DNA from: Gemmatimonadales bacterium
Lineage (GTDB): Bacteria; Gemmatimonadota; Gemmatimonadetes; Gemmatimonadales; GWC2-71-9
NCBI GenBank assembly: GCA_036555275.1
Contig: DATBLR010000107.1
Coordinates: 24,717-88,716, forward strand
Length of the DNA: 64,000 nt
Reading direction: 5' to 3'
Position numbers and translations under genes: made by a program. This document shows, in pieces, positions 16,286 to 25,603 of the stretch (position 1 is the first letter of the stretch; each line of letters starts with the position of its first letter). The notes beneath the pieces are model-generated. The model saw nothing but the letters and a program-made list of their open reading frames with translations, ran no database searches and was not told where the DNA came from.

Positions 16286-17661
16286 AGATCGGCGGCCCCG
16301 CGCTCGGCCATGCTGCGCGCTGGGCGTTTCTCCTGCTCCCCGCCATCGCCGCCGGGCTCCCCGCGCCCCGTCCGGCGATCCTCCTGTTGCACGCCTTCTT
16401 CCTCAGCTTCTTCTGGCTGGTGCTCCTGTTCTTTCGTCCGGAGAGCTACCGGACGATGCGGGAGCTGACTTTCTTCGCGCTGCTCTTCGCGCTGACCCTG
16501 GGGCTGGGAGCAGTGATCGCCCGGCTGGCGCCGGAGTGGCCGGTCCTGCTGCCGGTGCCGATGGCGGCACTGCTGATCACCCTTCTCTATAACGGCCGGC
16601 TGGCGATGACCGCCGCGGCCGTGCTGTCGCTGGTGCTGGCGACTGCAAGTCACACCCTTGCTCTCGGCGCGCTGACCTTCGGGTTGGCCGGGGGAGTGCC
16701 GGCTGCACTTAGTCTTCGGCGGGTCCGGCGGCGAAGTGACCAGTATCGGGCCGTCCTGGCCGTCGCGGGTGGCAATCTGATCGGTGCCTTGGTCTTCGGA
16801 CTCGCCGCGAAACTCCCTCCACCCGTGACGGCTCAGCTGGCCGCGCTGGGCCTCGGCGTTGCGGCCGCGTTGGTGGCGACCTCCATGTTGGTGCTGCCGG
16901 GAGCGGAAGCGCTCACCCGTCGCACCACTGACTTCACCCTCCTGGAGCTGGCCGATCCGACCCGGCCGCTTCTGGCCCGGCTCGCTCGCGAAGCCCCGGG
17001 AACCTGGGCCCACAGCCTGGTCGTGGCTAATCTGTGCGAAGCGGCGTGCAACGCGATCGGCGCGAACGGGCTCCTGGCGCGGGTGGGCGGGTTCTACCAC
17101 GATGTGGGGAAGCTGGCGGCGCCGGCGTTGTTCGTGGAAAACCAGAACCAAGACATCAATCCCCTCTCCGCCTTGCCGCCGAGGGACTCGGCGCGAGCGG
17201 TGCGCGATCACGTCAGCGCCGGACTGGCCCTGGCCGCCAAGGCCGGTCTTCCTTCCGTGGTGCGTGATTTTATCCCCGAGCATCACGGCACCATGGCGCT
17301 CGACTACTTCGTCGCTCGGCTGGATCCTGCCGAGCAGGCGGACGCCGCGATGCAGGACGACTTTCGCTATCCCGGACCCCGGCCCCGGTCGCGGGAGACC
17401 GCGGTGGCCATGCTCGCAGACGCGGCGGAAGCCGCGGTGCACGTACTGGAAGAGCGATCGCAGGAGCGGGTACGCGAGGTCGTCACCCACCTGATCCGGC
17501 AGCGCCTGGACGCTGGCCAGCTCTCGGAGGCGCCGCTCACGGTCGGCGACCTGGAACGGGTCACCGACGCCTTCGTGCCACTGTTGGCCGGCATTCACCA
17601 CAGCCGGCTCGACTATCCTAGGAGCATTGGTGGGATCACGAAAGACTTTGGGCGGGAATAG
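16282..17661 (+). CDS. Membrane HD/HDIG phosphohydrolase (7TM-HD, PgpH/YqfF-like), short form
   Basis: 459 aa with multiple TM helices, then YHDVGK ... EHHGT HD motifs. Lacks the long N-terminal extracellular domain seen in many family members. Confidence 0.75.
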   Translation: MKIGGPALGHAARWAFLLLPAIAAGLPAPRPAILLLHAFFLSFFWLVLLFFRPESYRTMRELTFFALLFALTLGLGAVIARLAPEWPVLLPVPMAALLITLLYNGRLAMTAAAVLSLVLATASHTLALGALTFGLAGGVPAALSLRRVRRRSDQYRAVLAVAGGNLIGALVFGLAAKLPPPVTAQLAALGLGVAAALVATSMLVLPGAEALTRRTTDFTLLELADPTRPLLARLAREAPGTWAHSLVVANLCEAACNAIGANGLLARVGGFYHDVGKLAAPALFVENQNQDINPLSALPPRDSARAVRDHVSAGLALAAKAGLPSVVRDFIPEHHGTMALDYFVARLDPAEQADAAMQDDFRYPGPRPRSRETAVAMLADAAEAAVHVLEERSQERVREVVTHLIRQRLDAGQLSEAPLTVGDLERVTDAFVPLLAGIHHSRLDYPRSIGGITKDFGRE

Positions 17662-18172
17662 CCGGCTCGGCGGCTCGGCGACTCGTCGGCTCGGCAGGAG
17701 GAGCTCGGCGACGCCCGGCCGGTCTTCGCAGCTGACGGTCCGGGTGGCGGGCGACCGGGTCCGCCTGCCGCTCTCGGCCGGGCGTGTACGCCGGGTCGTC
17801 AGGGCTGTATGGTCTGCCGAGGGCCGAGCCGCCGAACCGCCGAGCCGGCAAGCCGACGTCAGCATCGTGTTCGTTGGCCCGGCGCGTATGCGGCTCCTCA
17901 ACCGCGCCTGGAAACGCCACGACCGTGCGACCGATGTGCTGGCCTTCACGCTGCACTCGCCGGGGGGCGGGCTGACAGGAGAGGTGTACATTTGTGCCGC
18001 AATCGCCCGCGCGGCAGCCCGGGAGCACGGGGTCCCGGCGCAGGAAGAGCTGGTTCGGCTGGTGGTGCACGGCACCCTGCACCTGCTGGGCTACGACCAC
18101 CCCGAGAGTGCGGCCCGGACCCGCTCGCCGATGTGGCGGCGGCAAGAACGCTTCGTAGAGGCGCTCGCGTGA
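17627..18172 (+). CDS. ybeY: rRNA maturation endoribonuclease YbeY
   Basis: HGTLHLLGYDH zinc-binding motif and TDVLAF block. The start is ambiguous: TTG 17627 overlaps the previous gene and would translate both repeat arms. Confidence 0.8.
   Translation: MVGSRKTLGGNSRLGGSATRRLGRRSSATPGRSSQLTVRVAGDRVRLPLSAGRVRRVVRAVWSAEGRAAEPPSRQADVSIVFVGPARMRLLNRAWKRHDRATDVLAFTLHSPGGGLTGEVYICAAIARAAAREHGVPAQEELVRLVVHGTLHLLGYDHPESAARTRSPMWRRQERFVEALA
17662..17858. repeat. Octamer-array inverted repeat (TCGGCGGC class): left arm 17662-17695, right arm 17823-17858
   Basis: c tcggcggc tcggcgac tcgtcggc tcggcagg ... gccgagcc gccgaacc gccgagcc ggcaagcc. The left arm starts on the nucleotide after the 7TM-HD stop. 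The right arm lies inside the ybeY reading frame. Confidence 0.75.
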
Positions 18173-19368
18173 TCGCAACCCTTCATCTGCTCATCACCCC
18201 GCTGGCGACGCTGGTCTTCGCGCTGTGGGCTGCGTGGTTGTCACTGGCTGCGGAGGCAGGCGGCGAAGTGCCCCGCATCCTGGCGGACCAACAGCTCGTC
18301 GAGGGCCGCCGGCTGCCCCCGGCCCGGGCGCTGTACGTCGGTCACCTCGCGCTTCTGGTCCTGGCCGGGGCCGCCGCGGGTACCGCGGACACCTGGTGGG
18401 CCTGGGAGCCGTTCGGCGCCGTCGGCCGCCTGCTGCTGTCGGTCATGCTGGTCTGGGTGGTGGGGACGGTTCTTCCCCGGGTGCTGGCGGCTGTCGCTCC
18501 GGAGCTGCCGCCGCTGGTCCATCCCGGGGCGCTGCGCTCCATCAGGGTCCTGAGTCCGTTGCTGGGGCTCATCGCCTGGGCCGACAGCCGGTTCCGACCC
18601 GCGGCGGCGCCCCCCAGCCGGGAAGGCGGCCAGGTGCGGCGTGACATGCTGCTTGGCCTGTTCTCGCTTGCCGACATGACCGTGGCCGAAGTCATGACCC
18701 CCCGGATCGACATCATCGCGGTGCACAGCGGTGCGGACAGGGACGAGGTGATCGCAACCCTGCGACGCTCGGAGCACGCCCGCATTCTGGTCTACGACGA
18801 GCACCCCGATGCGGTGGCCGGCGTGCTCTACGCCAAGGACATGCTCCCCAGTCTCTCGGAGGGCGAAGAGGCCCCGGAGTGGAATACGCTTATTCGGCCG
18901 GCGGCATTCGTGCCCGAGGGCAAGACTCTGGACCGGCAGCTACGCGACTTCAAGCGCGGCCCCAGCCACCTCGCCGTGGTCGTCGATGAGTTCGGCGGCA
19001 CCGCCGGTCTCATAACCCTGGAGGACATCTTCGAAGAGATCGTCGGCGAGATCCAGGACGAGCACGACACCGACGAAGTCAAACCGGTCGTGGACGACGG
19101 GCAGGGCCACCTGTCGGTCGAGGGCAGCGTGCCCATCGCTGAGCTCGAGGCCCTGCTGGGCCACAGCTTCAACCGGGAAGACGTCAGCACCGTGGGAGGC
19201 CTCGTGCTCGATGCGTTCGGGCGGGTGCCCCGCAGCGGCGAGCGCACTGAAATCGACGGCGTCGAGGTGGCCGTGGAGCAGGTGGCCCGGCGGCGAGTGC
19301 GGCGCGTGGTCGTGACTCGACCCGCGCGGGCCAGCACCCCCGGGTCCGCCGACGAGGGTACGCCGTGA
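18169..19368 (+). CDS. CNNM/CorC-HlyC family protein (TM region + CBS pair + CorC_HlyC domain)
   Basis: ORF 17809..19368 trimmed to GTG 18169 (GTGA overlap with ybeY). Blocks MTPRIDI, LAVVVDEFGGTAGLITLEDI and EIVGEI. Confidence 0.8.
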   Translation: MIATLHLLITPLATLVFALWAAWLSLAAEAGGEVPRILADQQLVEGRRLPPARALYVGHLALLVLAGAAAGTADTWWAWEPFGAVGRLLLSVMLVWVVGTVLPRVLAAVAPELPPLVHPGALRSIRVLSPLLGLIAWADSRFRPAAAPPSREGGQVRRDMLLGLFSLADMTVAEVMTPRIDIIAVHSGADRDEVIATLRRSEHARILVYDEHPDAVAGVLYAKDMLPSLSEGEEAPEWNTLIRPAAFVPEGKTLDRQLRDFKRGPSHLAVVVDEFGGTAGLITLEDIFEEIVGEIQDEHDTDEVKPVVDDGQGHLSVEGSVPIAELEALLGHSFNREDVSTVGGLVLDAFGRVPRSGERTEIDGVEVAVEQVARRRVRRVVVTRPARASTPGSADEGTP

Positions 19369-20573
19369 CCTGGACGGTTCTCAGTATCGGGTTGGTCCTC
19401 GCCATCTTCGGCGCGGTCTCGGGGACGGCGCTCGTGTCACTGAGCCGGCTGGAACTGACCCGGGCAGTCGCGGGCCAGCTTCGGGGCGGCCCCGGGTCGC
19501 TGTCCTGGTTGGCCGAGATGGACCAGTATCTGGGTGTTACGGCCGTGCTCACTTCGTTGGGGGTGATCGTGGTGGGGGCGGCGATCCCGGCGTTCCTGGG
19601 CGGGTTCACCCTGGCGGCCCTGGCACTGCTGCTGGTCCTGGTAGCCATGCCGGCGGTGCTGCTCGCCGGCTACCTGATTCCCCGCTGGCTGGTTCGGCCC
19701 CGGGCGGAGGCGTTGCGCAACCTGGTGGTCCCCCTGCTGCGCCCGCTGGGCCGGGTGGTCGGCCTCGTTCTTCCTGCTCGGGCGGTGCCGGGCGCCGGCG
19801 AACTTCGAGCCTTCTGGAGGGAAGGCGCCGCTTCCGGCCTGCCGGCCGACGATGAGCTGATCATGGTCGGCGGGGTCATGACGTTCACCGAGCGGCCAGT
19901 GCGGGAGCTCATGACACCGCGCACCGATATCGTCGCGGTCTCGGAGGACGACACCCTCGGAGACATCTCCGCCGTGTTCGCGCAGAGCGGCTACAGCCGC
20001 CTCCCGGTGTACCGGGGGACTCTGGACGAGATCGTCGGCATGCTGCACGCCTTCGATCTCTTCAAGCTCAAGCCGGGGGATCCGCTGCCGATCCGCCCGG
20101 TGGCGAACGCGCCCGCGAGCCGCACCTGCGGCAACCTCCTGCTGGACATGCAGCGCGAGCGGCGGCACCTCGCTGTGGTGCTGGACGAGTTCGGCGGAAC
20201 CCTGGGCATCGTCACCTTCGAGGACCTGCTGGAACAGCTGGTCGGTGAGGTCTTCGACGAGGACGAGGGGACGACGGCGCAGGCCGCGCGGAGCGGACCG
20301 ATTCTCTTCGAGGCCGACGGGGCGCTGCCGATCGCGGCCATTGAGGAGCGCTTCGAGCAGAGCCTTCCCTCGGCGGAGACCAGCACGGCGGGAGGCCTCC
20401 TGGCCGAGCTGGCCGGGCGGATCCCCCTCGCCGGCGAACGCTTCTTGATCCGGGGGCTCGAGTTCGAGGTGCTGCAGGCCTCACCGACTCGGGTGGAGCG
20501 GGTGCTCATCCGGCGCGGTCCACCCTCTCCAATCGTGCTCGCTCCCTCGGTGAGTGGCGAGGAACGGCGGTGA
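19365..20573 (+). CDS. Second CNNM/CorC-HlyC family protein (tandem paralogue)
   Basis: 402 aa. Blocks MTPRTDIV, LAVVLDEFGGTLGIVTFEDLLEQLVGEV and a C-terminal transporter-associated domain. Confidence 0.8.
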   Translation: MTWTVLSIGLVLAIFGAVSGTALVSLSRLELTRAVAGQLRGGPGSLSWLAEMDQYLGVTAVLTSLGVIVVGAAIPAFLGGFTLAALALLLVLVAMPAVLLAGYLIPRWLVRPRAEALRNLVVPLLRPLGRVVGLVLPARAVPGAGELRAFWREGAASGLPADDELIMVGGVMTFTERPVRELMTPRTDIVAVSEDDTLGDISAVFAQSGYSRLPVYRGTLDEIVGMLHAFDLFKLKPGDPLPIRPVANAPASRTCGNLLLDMQRERRHLAVVLDEFGGTLGIVTFEDLLEQLVGEVFDEDEGTTAQAARSGPILFEADGALPIAAIEERFEQSLPSAETSTAGGLLAELAGRIPLAGERFLIRGLEFEVLQASPTRVERVLIRRGPPSPIVLAPSVSGEERR

Positions 20574-21919
20574 TTCACCCGGCGGCGATCGTCCGATCGA
20601 TGCTCGATCTGGTCCGCCGCGGGAACCTGCGGGGTTTCCTGGCGCTCGCCGAGAAGGCCGAACCGGCCGATCTGGGTGACGTACTGTCCTCGCTCGACGA
20701 GGAGCAGCGACTGGAGGTGGTGAAGGCGCTTCCCGCCAAGCTCTCCGGTGCGGCCCTGGTTGAGATGCCGGACGAGAGCCAGGCCGAGGAGACCCTGGAG
20801 CACCTGGCCGCCGAGGCTCCCGAGGCGGCCGGTGAGATCGTCGAAGAGCTCCCCGACGATGAGGCCGCCGACCTGGTCGGCGGCCTCAATCCCGAAGATC
20901 AGGAACGCATCCTGGCCGTAGTCGAGGACCGGGAAGACATCGAGGAGCTGCTTCGCTACGACCCGGAGACGGCCGGCGGGCTGATGACGGCCCACGTGGT
21001 CAAGGTACGCAGTACCGATTCGGCTGGCGAAGCCATTGAGTCGCTGCGGCGGCAAGCCGAAGAGATCGAGGACTTCTCTCAGGTGTACGTCGTGGACGAG
21101 CGCAGCCACCTGCTGGGCGTCCTGCCGATCAAGCGACTGGTGATCAGCCCGGCCGCGCGCCGGGTCGGTGAGATCATGGAGGACACCGATATCCGGGTCG
21201 CGCCCGAGACCGACCAGGAAGAGGTGGCGCGGTTGATGAGCCGATACGACGTGCCGGCCGTCGCGGTGGTCGATGGCGGCGGCAAGCTGCTCGGCCAGGT
21301 CACCTTCGACGATGTCATCGACGTGGTCGAAGCGGAGCAGACCGAGGATCTGCTCCAGTTCGGTGGCACCTCGGCGGACGAGGAGCTGGCGGCGCCGTGG
21401 ACCGGTGCGGTGCGCAGTCGGCTCCCCTGGCTTCTGGTCAACCTGATCACCGCGTTCGCAGCCGGCGCGGTCGCGAGCTACTTCAGCGGCAAGGTCGCCG
21501 CGGTGCGGGGCCTGATCTTCTGGATGCCGGTGATCGCGGGGATGGGCGGGAATGGCGGCACCCAGGCACTCGCGGTGAATGTGCGTCGAGTGGCCCTGGG
21601 ACTGGTGCCGGTGGGGAAGGCGGTGCCGATCATCGGCAAGGAAATGCTGGCCGGATGCGCCAACGGCGCGGTCAACGGGATCGCCGCAGCCGTCGTCGCG
21701 TTCGGGCTGGGCCATGGCGCGAATCTGGGCCTGGTGGTGTTCCTTGCGATGACCGGCAATCTGTTCGTCGCGGGATTCGCCGGCGCCTTCATCCCGCTCT
21801 TGCTCAATCGGCTGGGCGTCGATCCGGCGGTCGCGTCCTCCATCTTCGTCACGACGTTTACCGACGTGTGCGGCTACGCCCTGTTGTTCGGGCTGGCGGG
21901 GTGGTTGCTGGGGGTGTAG
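20570..21919 (+). CDS. mgtE: Magnesium transporter MgtE
   Basis: 449 aa: MgtE N-domain, CBS pair, then C-terminal TM helices with a GNGGTQ-type block. Confidence 0.88.
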   Translation: MIHPAAIVRSMLDLVRRGNLRGFLALAEKAEPADLGDVLSSLDEEQRLEVVKALPAKLSGAALVEMPDESQAEETLEHLAAEAPEAAGEIVEELPDDEAADLVGGLNPEDQERILAVVEDREDIEELLRYDPETAGGLMTAHVVKVRSTDSAGEAIESLRRQAEEIEDFSQVYVVDERSHLLGVLPIKRLVISPAARRVGEIMEDTDIRVAPETDQEEVARLMSRYDVPAVAVVDGGGKLLGQVTFDDVIDVVEAEQTEDLLQFGGTSADEELAAPWTGAVRSRLPWLLVNLITAFAAGAVASYFSGKVAAVRGLIFWMPVIAGMGGNGGTQALAVNVRRVALGLVPVGKAVPIIGKEMLAGCANGAVNGIAAAVVAFGLGHGANLGLVVFLAMTGNLFVAGFAGAFIPLLLNRLGVDPAVASSIFVTTFTDVCGYALLFGLAGWLLGV

Positions 21920-21984
21920 ACGGGCAGGACGGACAGGACGGGCAGGGCGCACTTGACCGTTCTGACCGTCTTGTCCGTCTTTGT
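21919..21984. repeat. Array-hairpin element with 9-nt units (GACGGNCAG) between convergent mgtE and the TonB-dependent receptor gene
   Basis: gacgggcag gacggacag gacgggcag gg - cgcact - tgaccgttc tgaccgtct tgtccgtct. Begins at the mgtE stop codon. Confidence 0.75.
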
Positions 21985-21993
21985 TCGCCCTCG

Positions 21994-24831
21994 TTACCAA
22001 CCCAGCGTCATCTCCACCCTGCTGTACAGGAACCGCCCGTTGAAGCCGAACGGGGAGGCCGCCGCCCAGGGGAAGGTGCCGAAGTTGTTGTTCAGCAGCT
22101 GCGAGGTGTCGCCATCCGAATCGGCGATGACCTGCGAACTGGGCTCGTCCGGATAGACGTCGAACAGATTCCGTGCCCCGATCGCTACTTTCACCTGATT
22201 GAAGCTGTACCCGATCTCCGCATCGATCAGAGTCTTGGCGCCGTACTTCTCGCGACAGAGGTCGCAGAAGCCGAGCTGGGCAGAGGAGAACTTGCCGAAA
22301 TAGGAGGCCCGGCCCAGGGCATGGAAGCGCCCCAGGTCATACTGGGTGGTCAGGGTGCCGCGCCAGTCCGGGCGCTCGTCGGTAATACCGATGTAGGTGA
22401 CGGAGTCGATCAGGCCCGGCTCGGTCGAATTCTGCAGGATGGCCGGAATGGGGTCGATGTGGGTGATGGTGTTCTTGGTGTAATTCACCCCCGCATCGAA
22501 CGTGAACGTGCCCGTCGCTCCAGCGGGAACCTGCAGCCTCGCGGTGAGGTCCACTCCCTGGGTCTTGGTATCCAGCCCGTTGGTGAAGTACTGAACCCCG
22601 CTGATCCCGGTGAAGCCTGCCCTGCCGAGGATGGCCAGGGTGGTGTCGTCATCGAACGTGGCGCCGAGCAGGATGCGGTCGTTGATCTTGATGTGAAAGA
22701 CGTCCAAGGTCACCGTGAAGTTGTCTCTGGGTGTGACCGCCAGGCCTCCGCTCAGATTCAGCGAGGTTTCCTCTTTGAGCGGCTTCGCCCCCAGCAGCTT
22801 GGACACGGGGTGATCGGTTGGGTAGTTACCGATCTCGACCAGCTGCCCGGCGATGAAGCTGGTCGTAATGTGGCTGAAGAAACTCTGGCTCAGGCCAGGG
22901 GCCCTGAAGCCGGTGCTGGCCGCCCCGCGGAAGACGATCCGGCGGGTGGGCTGGAAGCGGAGGGCCAGCTTGCCGGACACTCTGGAGCCGAAGTCACTGT
23001 AGTGCTCGAACCGGCCGGCGACATTGCCGAGGAGCTGGGTGGACAGGTCGGTCTCCAGCTCCGTGTAGACGCCGTAGTTGGTGCGGTGATGGTCGCTGGC
23101 GTCGCTCGGAGCGAAGCCGGAGAAGACCGAGGAGCCTCCGGGCGCCGGGCCGCTGGAATCCTGAGCCAGGTGATTACCGTTGACCCAGGACGCGAACTCG
23201 CCGGACTCGATCTTGAACTGCTCCCGCCGCACCGCCCCGCCGACGGCCACGTGCACCGGGTTCGGAAGGCCTACACGCACCTCCCGCGCGAAATTGATCG
23301 CCCCGAGCGCTTCCCTTCGGAGCAGCCGCCCCGCGAAGAAGGATAGCTGGTTAGGGATATTGGGGTCGTCGGCGAAGGCGGGATCGCCGGGACCGGTGCC
23401 GAGGACCCCATCAGCACCCGGCGCGCAGGGCGTGTCCAGACACGGTCCCAGCGACGCGTTGAGGGTGTTCCGCAGGTTGTAGTCGAATCGGCTCACGCCG
23501 TAGCTGCCGCCGAAGTCGATGGCCCAGCCGGCCGCGCTGGTGCGGAAGCCGCCGACGGCCGAGACGTCTTCCAGGAACGGGTGGAACTCCGGCAGAAAGC
23601 CCTGGGGGTAGATCTCGGGCCAGTTGCGCTCGCTGTCGAAGTAGCGCCAGAAGCCATTCCCGGTACCGACCCGGCGGCTGTAGCCGCCGAAGGCGTATAC
23701 CTCGCTGGTCCCGGCCGCTCCCAGAGGCATCCGGAAGTTGGCAAAGCTCATGGCGTTCTGCTCCAGGCCATCTCCGAAGTGCAGGTTCGGCTGTGGGAGA
23801 GTGTTTCGCTTGACGATGACCTGGCCGTTGTCGGGGTTGATGGAATCGGCAATGCCGGCGGGGTCCACGAGGGAAGCATCGGCCCACGCACGGTTGGTCT
23901 TGTCGCGCTGTTGAAATTCACCGAACAGCGCAAGGGAACCGCGCCCGAGCCCAATCCCCAGCCCCCCATTCAGATCGACCGTGGTCCCGTCGTTCGGATA
24001 CCCCTTTCCGGTCACGTACTGACCCGCGTTCGCATTCAGAAAGGGGGAGAACTGGCCCTCTTTCAGCACCACATTCACTACCCCGGCGATGGCGTCCGAG
24101 CCGTACTGCGCCGAGGCGCCGTCACGCAGCACCTCGATGCGATCCACCGCGCCGCCCGGGATGGCATTCAGGTCCACTCCGGAGGACCCGGCGCCCGTTC
24201 CGAAGGCGAAGGTATTGACCACCGCCATCTGGTGTCGGCGCCAGCCGTTCAGTAGGACCAGCGTGTGGTCCGGGGAGAGGCCGCGCAGGGTGAAGGGCCG
24301 GGCGATATCGTTGGCGTCGGTGATGGTCTGATGGGGGAAATTCACCGAGGGGGACAGGGCCTGGAGGATCTGGCTGGTCTCGGTTGTCCCCTGCTGTTGA
24401 ATGTCCTCCGCCGTGTAAACGTCCACCGGCACCGCCAGCTCCTCGGCGGCGGTGTGCCGGGCCCGCGATCCGATCACTACGTCAATCGGCGCCAGCTCCA
24501 CCGCCGATCGGGACAGCGTGAAGTCCTGCTCCACGACGTCCGAGGCAGCGACGCTCACTTCCAGGGAGACCGGTGTATATCCGATGGCCCGCACCCGGAG
24601 GGTGCGGGGGCCCGCGGGCACTCCCCGCAGGGTATACCGGCCCCCTGCGGTCGTAAGAGCACGCAGGGTCGTCCCGTCTACCGAAACGATCGCCCCGATA
24701 ATCGCGGCGCCGCTGCTGTCGCTGACGATTCCCTTCACGGAGCCCGACTGGGCGGCGAGCGGCGCGCTGCCGAGAACGGCTGCGGCGAGGACCCAGGTGA
24801 CACCCATGGCGCGAACCAGGGAGAGCTGCAT
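21994..24831 (-). CDS. TonB-dependent receptor with N-terminal carboxypeptidase-regulatory-like domain
   Basis: 945 aa: signal peptide, GSVKGIVSDSSGAAIIGAIVSV CarbopepD_reg-like segment, plug, beta-barrel, and C-terminal aromatic residue (..TLGW). Confidence 0.88.
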   Translation of the reverse strand: MQLSLVRAMGVTWVLAAAVLGSAPLAAQSGSVKGIVSDSSGAAIIGAIVSVDGTTLRALTTAGGRYTLRGVPAGPRTLRVRAIGYTPVSLEVSVAASDVVEQDFTLSRSAVELAPIDVVIGSRARHTAAEELAVPVDVYTAEDIQQQGTTETSQILQALSPSVNFPHQTITDANDIARPFTLRGLSPDHTLVLLNGWRRHQMAVVNTFAFGTGAGSSGVDLNAIPGGAVDRIEVLRDGASAQYGSDAIAGVVNVVLKEGQFSPFLNANAGQYVTGKGYPNDGTTVDLNGGLGIGLGRGSLALFGEFQQRDKTNRAWADASLVDPAGIADSINPDNGQVIVKRNTLPQPNLHFGDGLEQNAMSFANFRMPLGAAGTSEVYAFGGYSRRVGTGNGFWRYFDSERNWPEIYPQGFLPEFHPFLEDVSAVGGFRTSAAGWAIDFGGSYGVSRFDYNLRNTLNASLGPCLDTPCAPGADGVLGTGPGDPAFADDPNIPNQLSFFAGRLLRREALGAINFAREVRVGLPNPVHVAVGGAVRREQFKIESGEFASWVNGNHLAQDSSGPAPGGSSVFSGFAPSDASDHHRTNYGVYTELETDLSTQLLGNVAGRFEHYSDFGSRVSGKLALRFQPTRRIVFRGAASTGFRAPGLSQSFFSHITTSFIAGQLVEIGNYPTDHPVSKLLGAKPLKEETSLNLSGGLAVTPRDNFTVTLDVFHIKINDRILLGATFDDDTTLAILGRAGFTGISGVQYFTNGLDTKTQGVDLTARLQVPAGATGTFTFDAGVNYTKNTITHIDPIPAILQNSTEPGLIDSVTYIGITDERPDWRGTLTTQYDLGRFHALGRASYFGKFSSAQLGFCDLCREKYGAKTLIDAEIGYSFNQVKVAIGARNLFDVYPDEPSSQVIADSDGDTSQLLNNNFGTFPWAAASPFGFNGRFLYSRVEMTLGW

Positions 24832-24940
24832 CCAAACCTCCGGGGAATGTGTAGTCTTGGCTGCAGGGAGGAATCTCGCTGGCGAGCTTACGGCCCGGAG
24901 CGGAAGTCGTCAAGGTGGGTTGTGAAACGGCGCCACAAGG

Positions 24941-24972
24941 AAAACCGCCTGCCGGGCGAGCCCGACAGGCGG
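24941..24972 (-). terminator. Rho-independent terminator downstream of the ComEA-like gene
   Basis: On the minus strand: ccgcctgtcggg-ctcg-cccggcaggcgg followed by tttt. Confidence 0.6.
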
Positions 24973-25034
24973 TGAAACGCGGAGCTGGGAGGGAACCTAT
25001 GCCGTGTGCGCTCCGCGGGGAGTAAGGCGACTGC

Positions 25035-25397
25035 TCAGCTTTGCTTCTTGGCGATGACCGAGTAGCGGACCTTCTTGTAGGCCGCCGCGGGGATGATCTT
25101 CTTGCGCATCAGTTCACTCTTTGACTTGAACGGCCGGGCCTTGATGATCGCGTCGGCGTAGGTCTCGCCGATCCCTGGCAGGGCGACCAGCTGTTCGCGG
25201 GTCGCGGTGTTGAGATCGACCAGCTCCTTCTGCGTGGTGGTTGCGGCGGCCGGCTTGGCTGGCGCGGGCTTGGCCGCCGGCTGCTGTGCCGTCTCCTTCG
25301 CCTTGGGTGTCGCAGGCGCGGTGGCCTGGGCGTACGCCGCTGGAGCAGCGAGCAGTCCAAGGGTCGCAAGGGTTGCGAGCATCAACGAACGGTTCAT
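25035..25397 (-). CDS. ComEA-like helix-hairpin-helix DNA-binding protein, secreted
   Basis: ORF 25035..25625 trimmed to ATG 25397 (GGAGGA RBS). Signal peptide, Ala/Pro/Lys-rich linker, then VDLNTATREQLVALPGIGETYADAII HhH motif. Confidence 0.75.
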   Translation of the reverse strand: MNRSLMLATLATLGLLAAPAAYAQATAPATPKAKETAQQPAAKPAPAKPAAATTTQKELVDLNTATREQLVALPGIGETYADAIIKARPFKSKSELMRKKIIPAAAYKKVRYSVIAKKQS

Positions 25398-25603
25398 GAC
25401 TTCCTCCAGAACGGTGGGCAGCTGCGGAACGGAACTCCGCGATCTTGCTGACGGCGCCGGGAGAGGCAATCGACGTGCCGCGTCGAAGCGCGGGCAAAAG
25501 GCGCAGAATGAGGCGGAAACGGGGTGATGCGGGCGGTGGTCCTGGACACTCTGGCGCGGCCGGAGACAGAATGACCAGCCGACTTGTCTTTCGCGGATAG
25601 ATC

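Noticed and set aside
20500-20573. M-box (Mg2+ riboswitch) expected upstream of mgtE.
   Set aside because: mgtE overlaps the preceding corC-like gene by 4 nt, so there is no untranslated leader to hold a riboswitch.
24832-25034. Possible cobalamin (or other) riboswitch in the 5' region of the TonB-dependent receptor gene, given the B12 enzymes nearby.
   Set aside because: Read on the minus strand, the region lacks a B12-box-like GCCACTG/AGYCMGG core and the GGTGAAA...CCCGC arrangement. Its most stable hairpin, followed by TTTT, is better explained as the terminator of the upstream ComEA-like gene.
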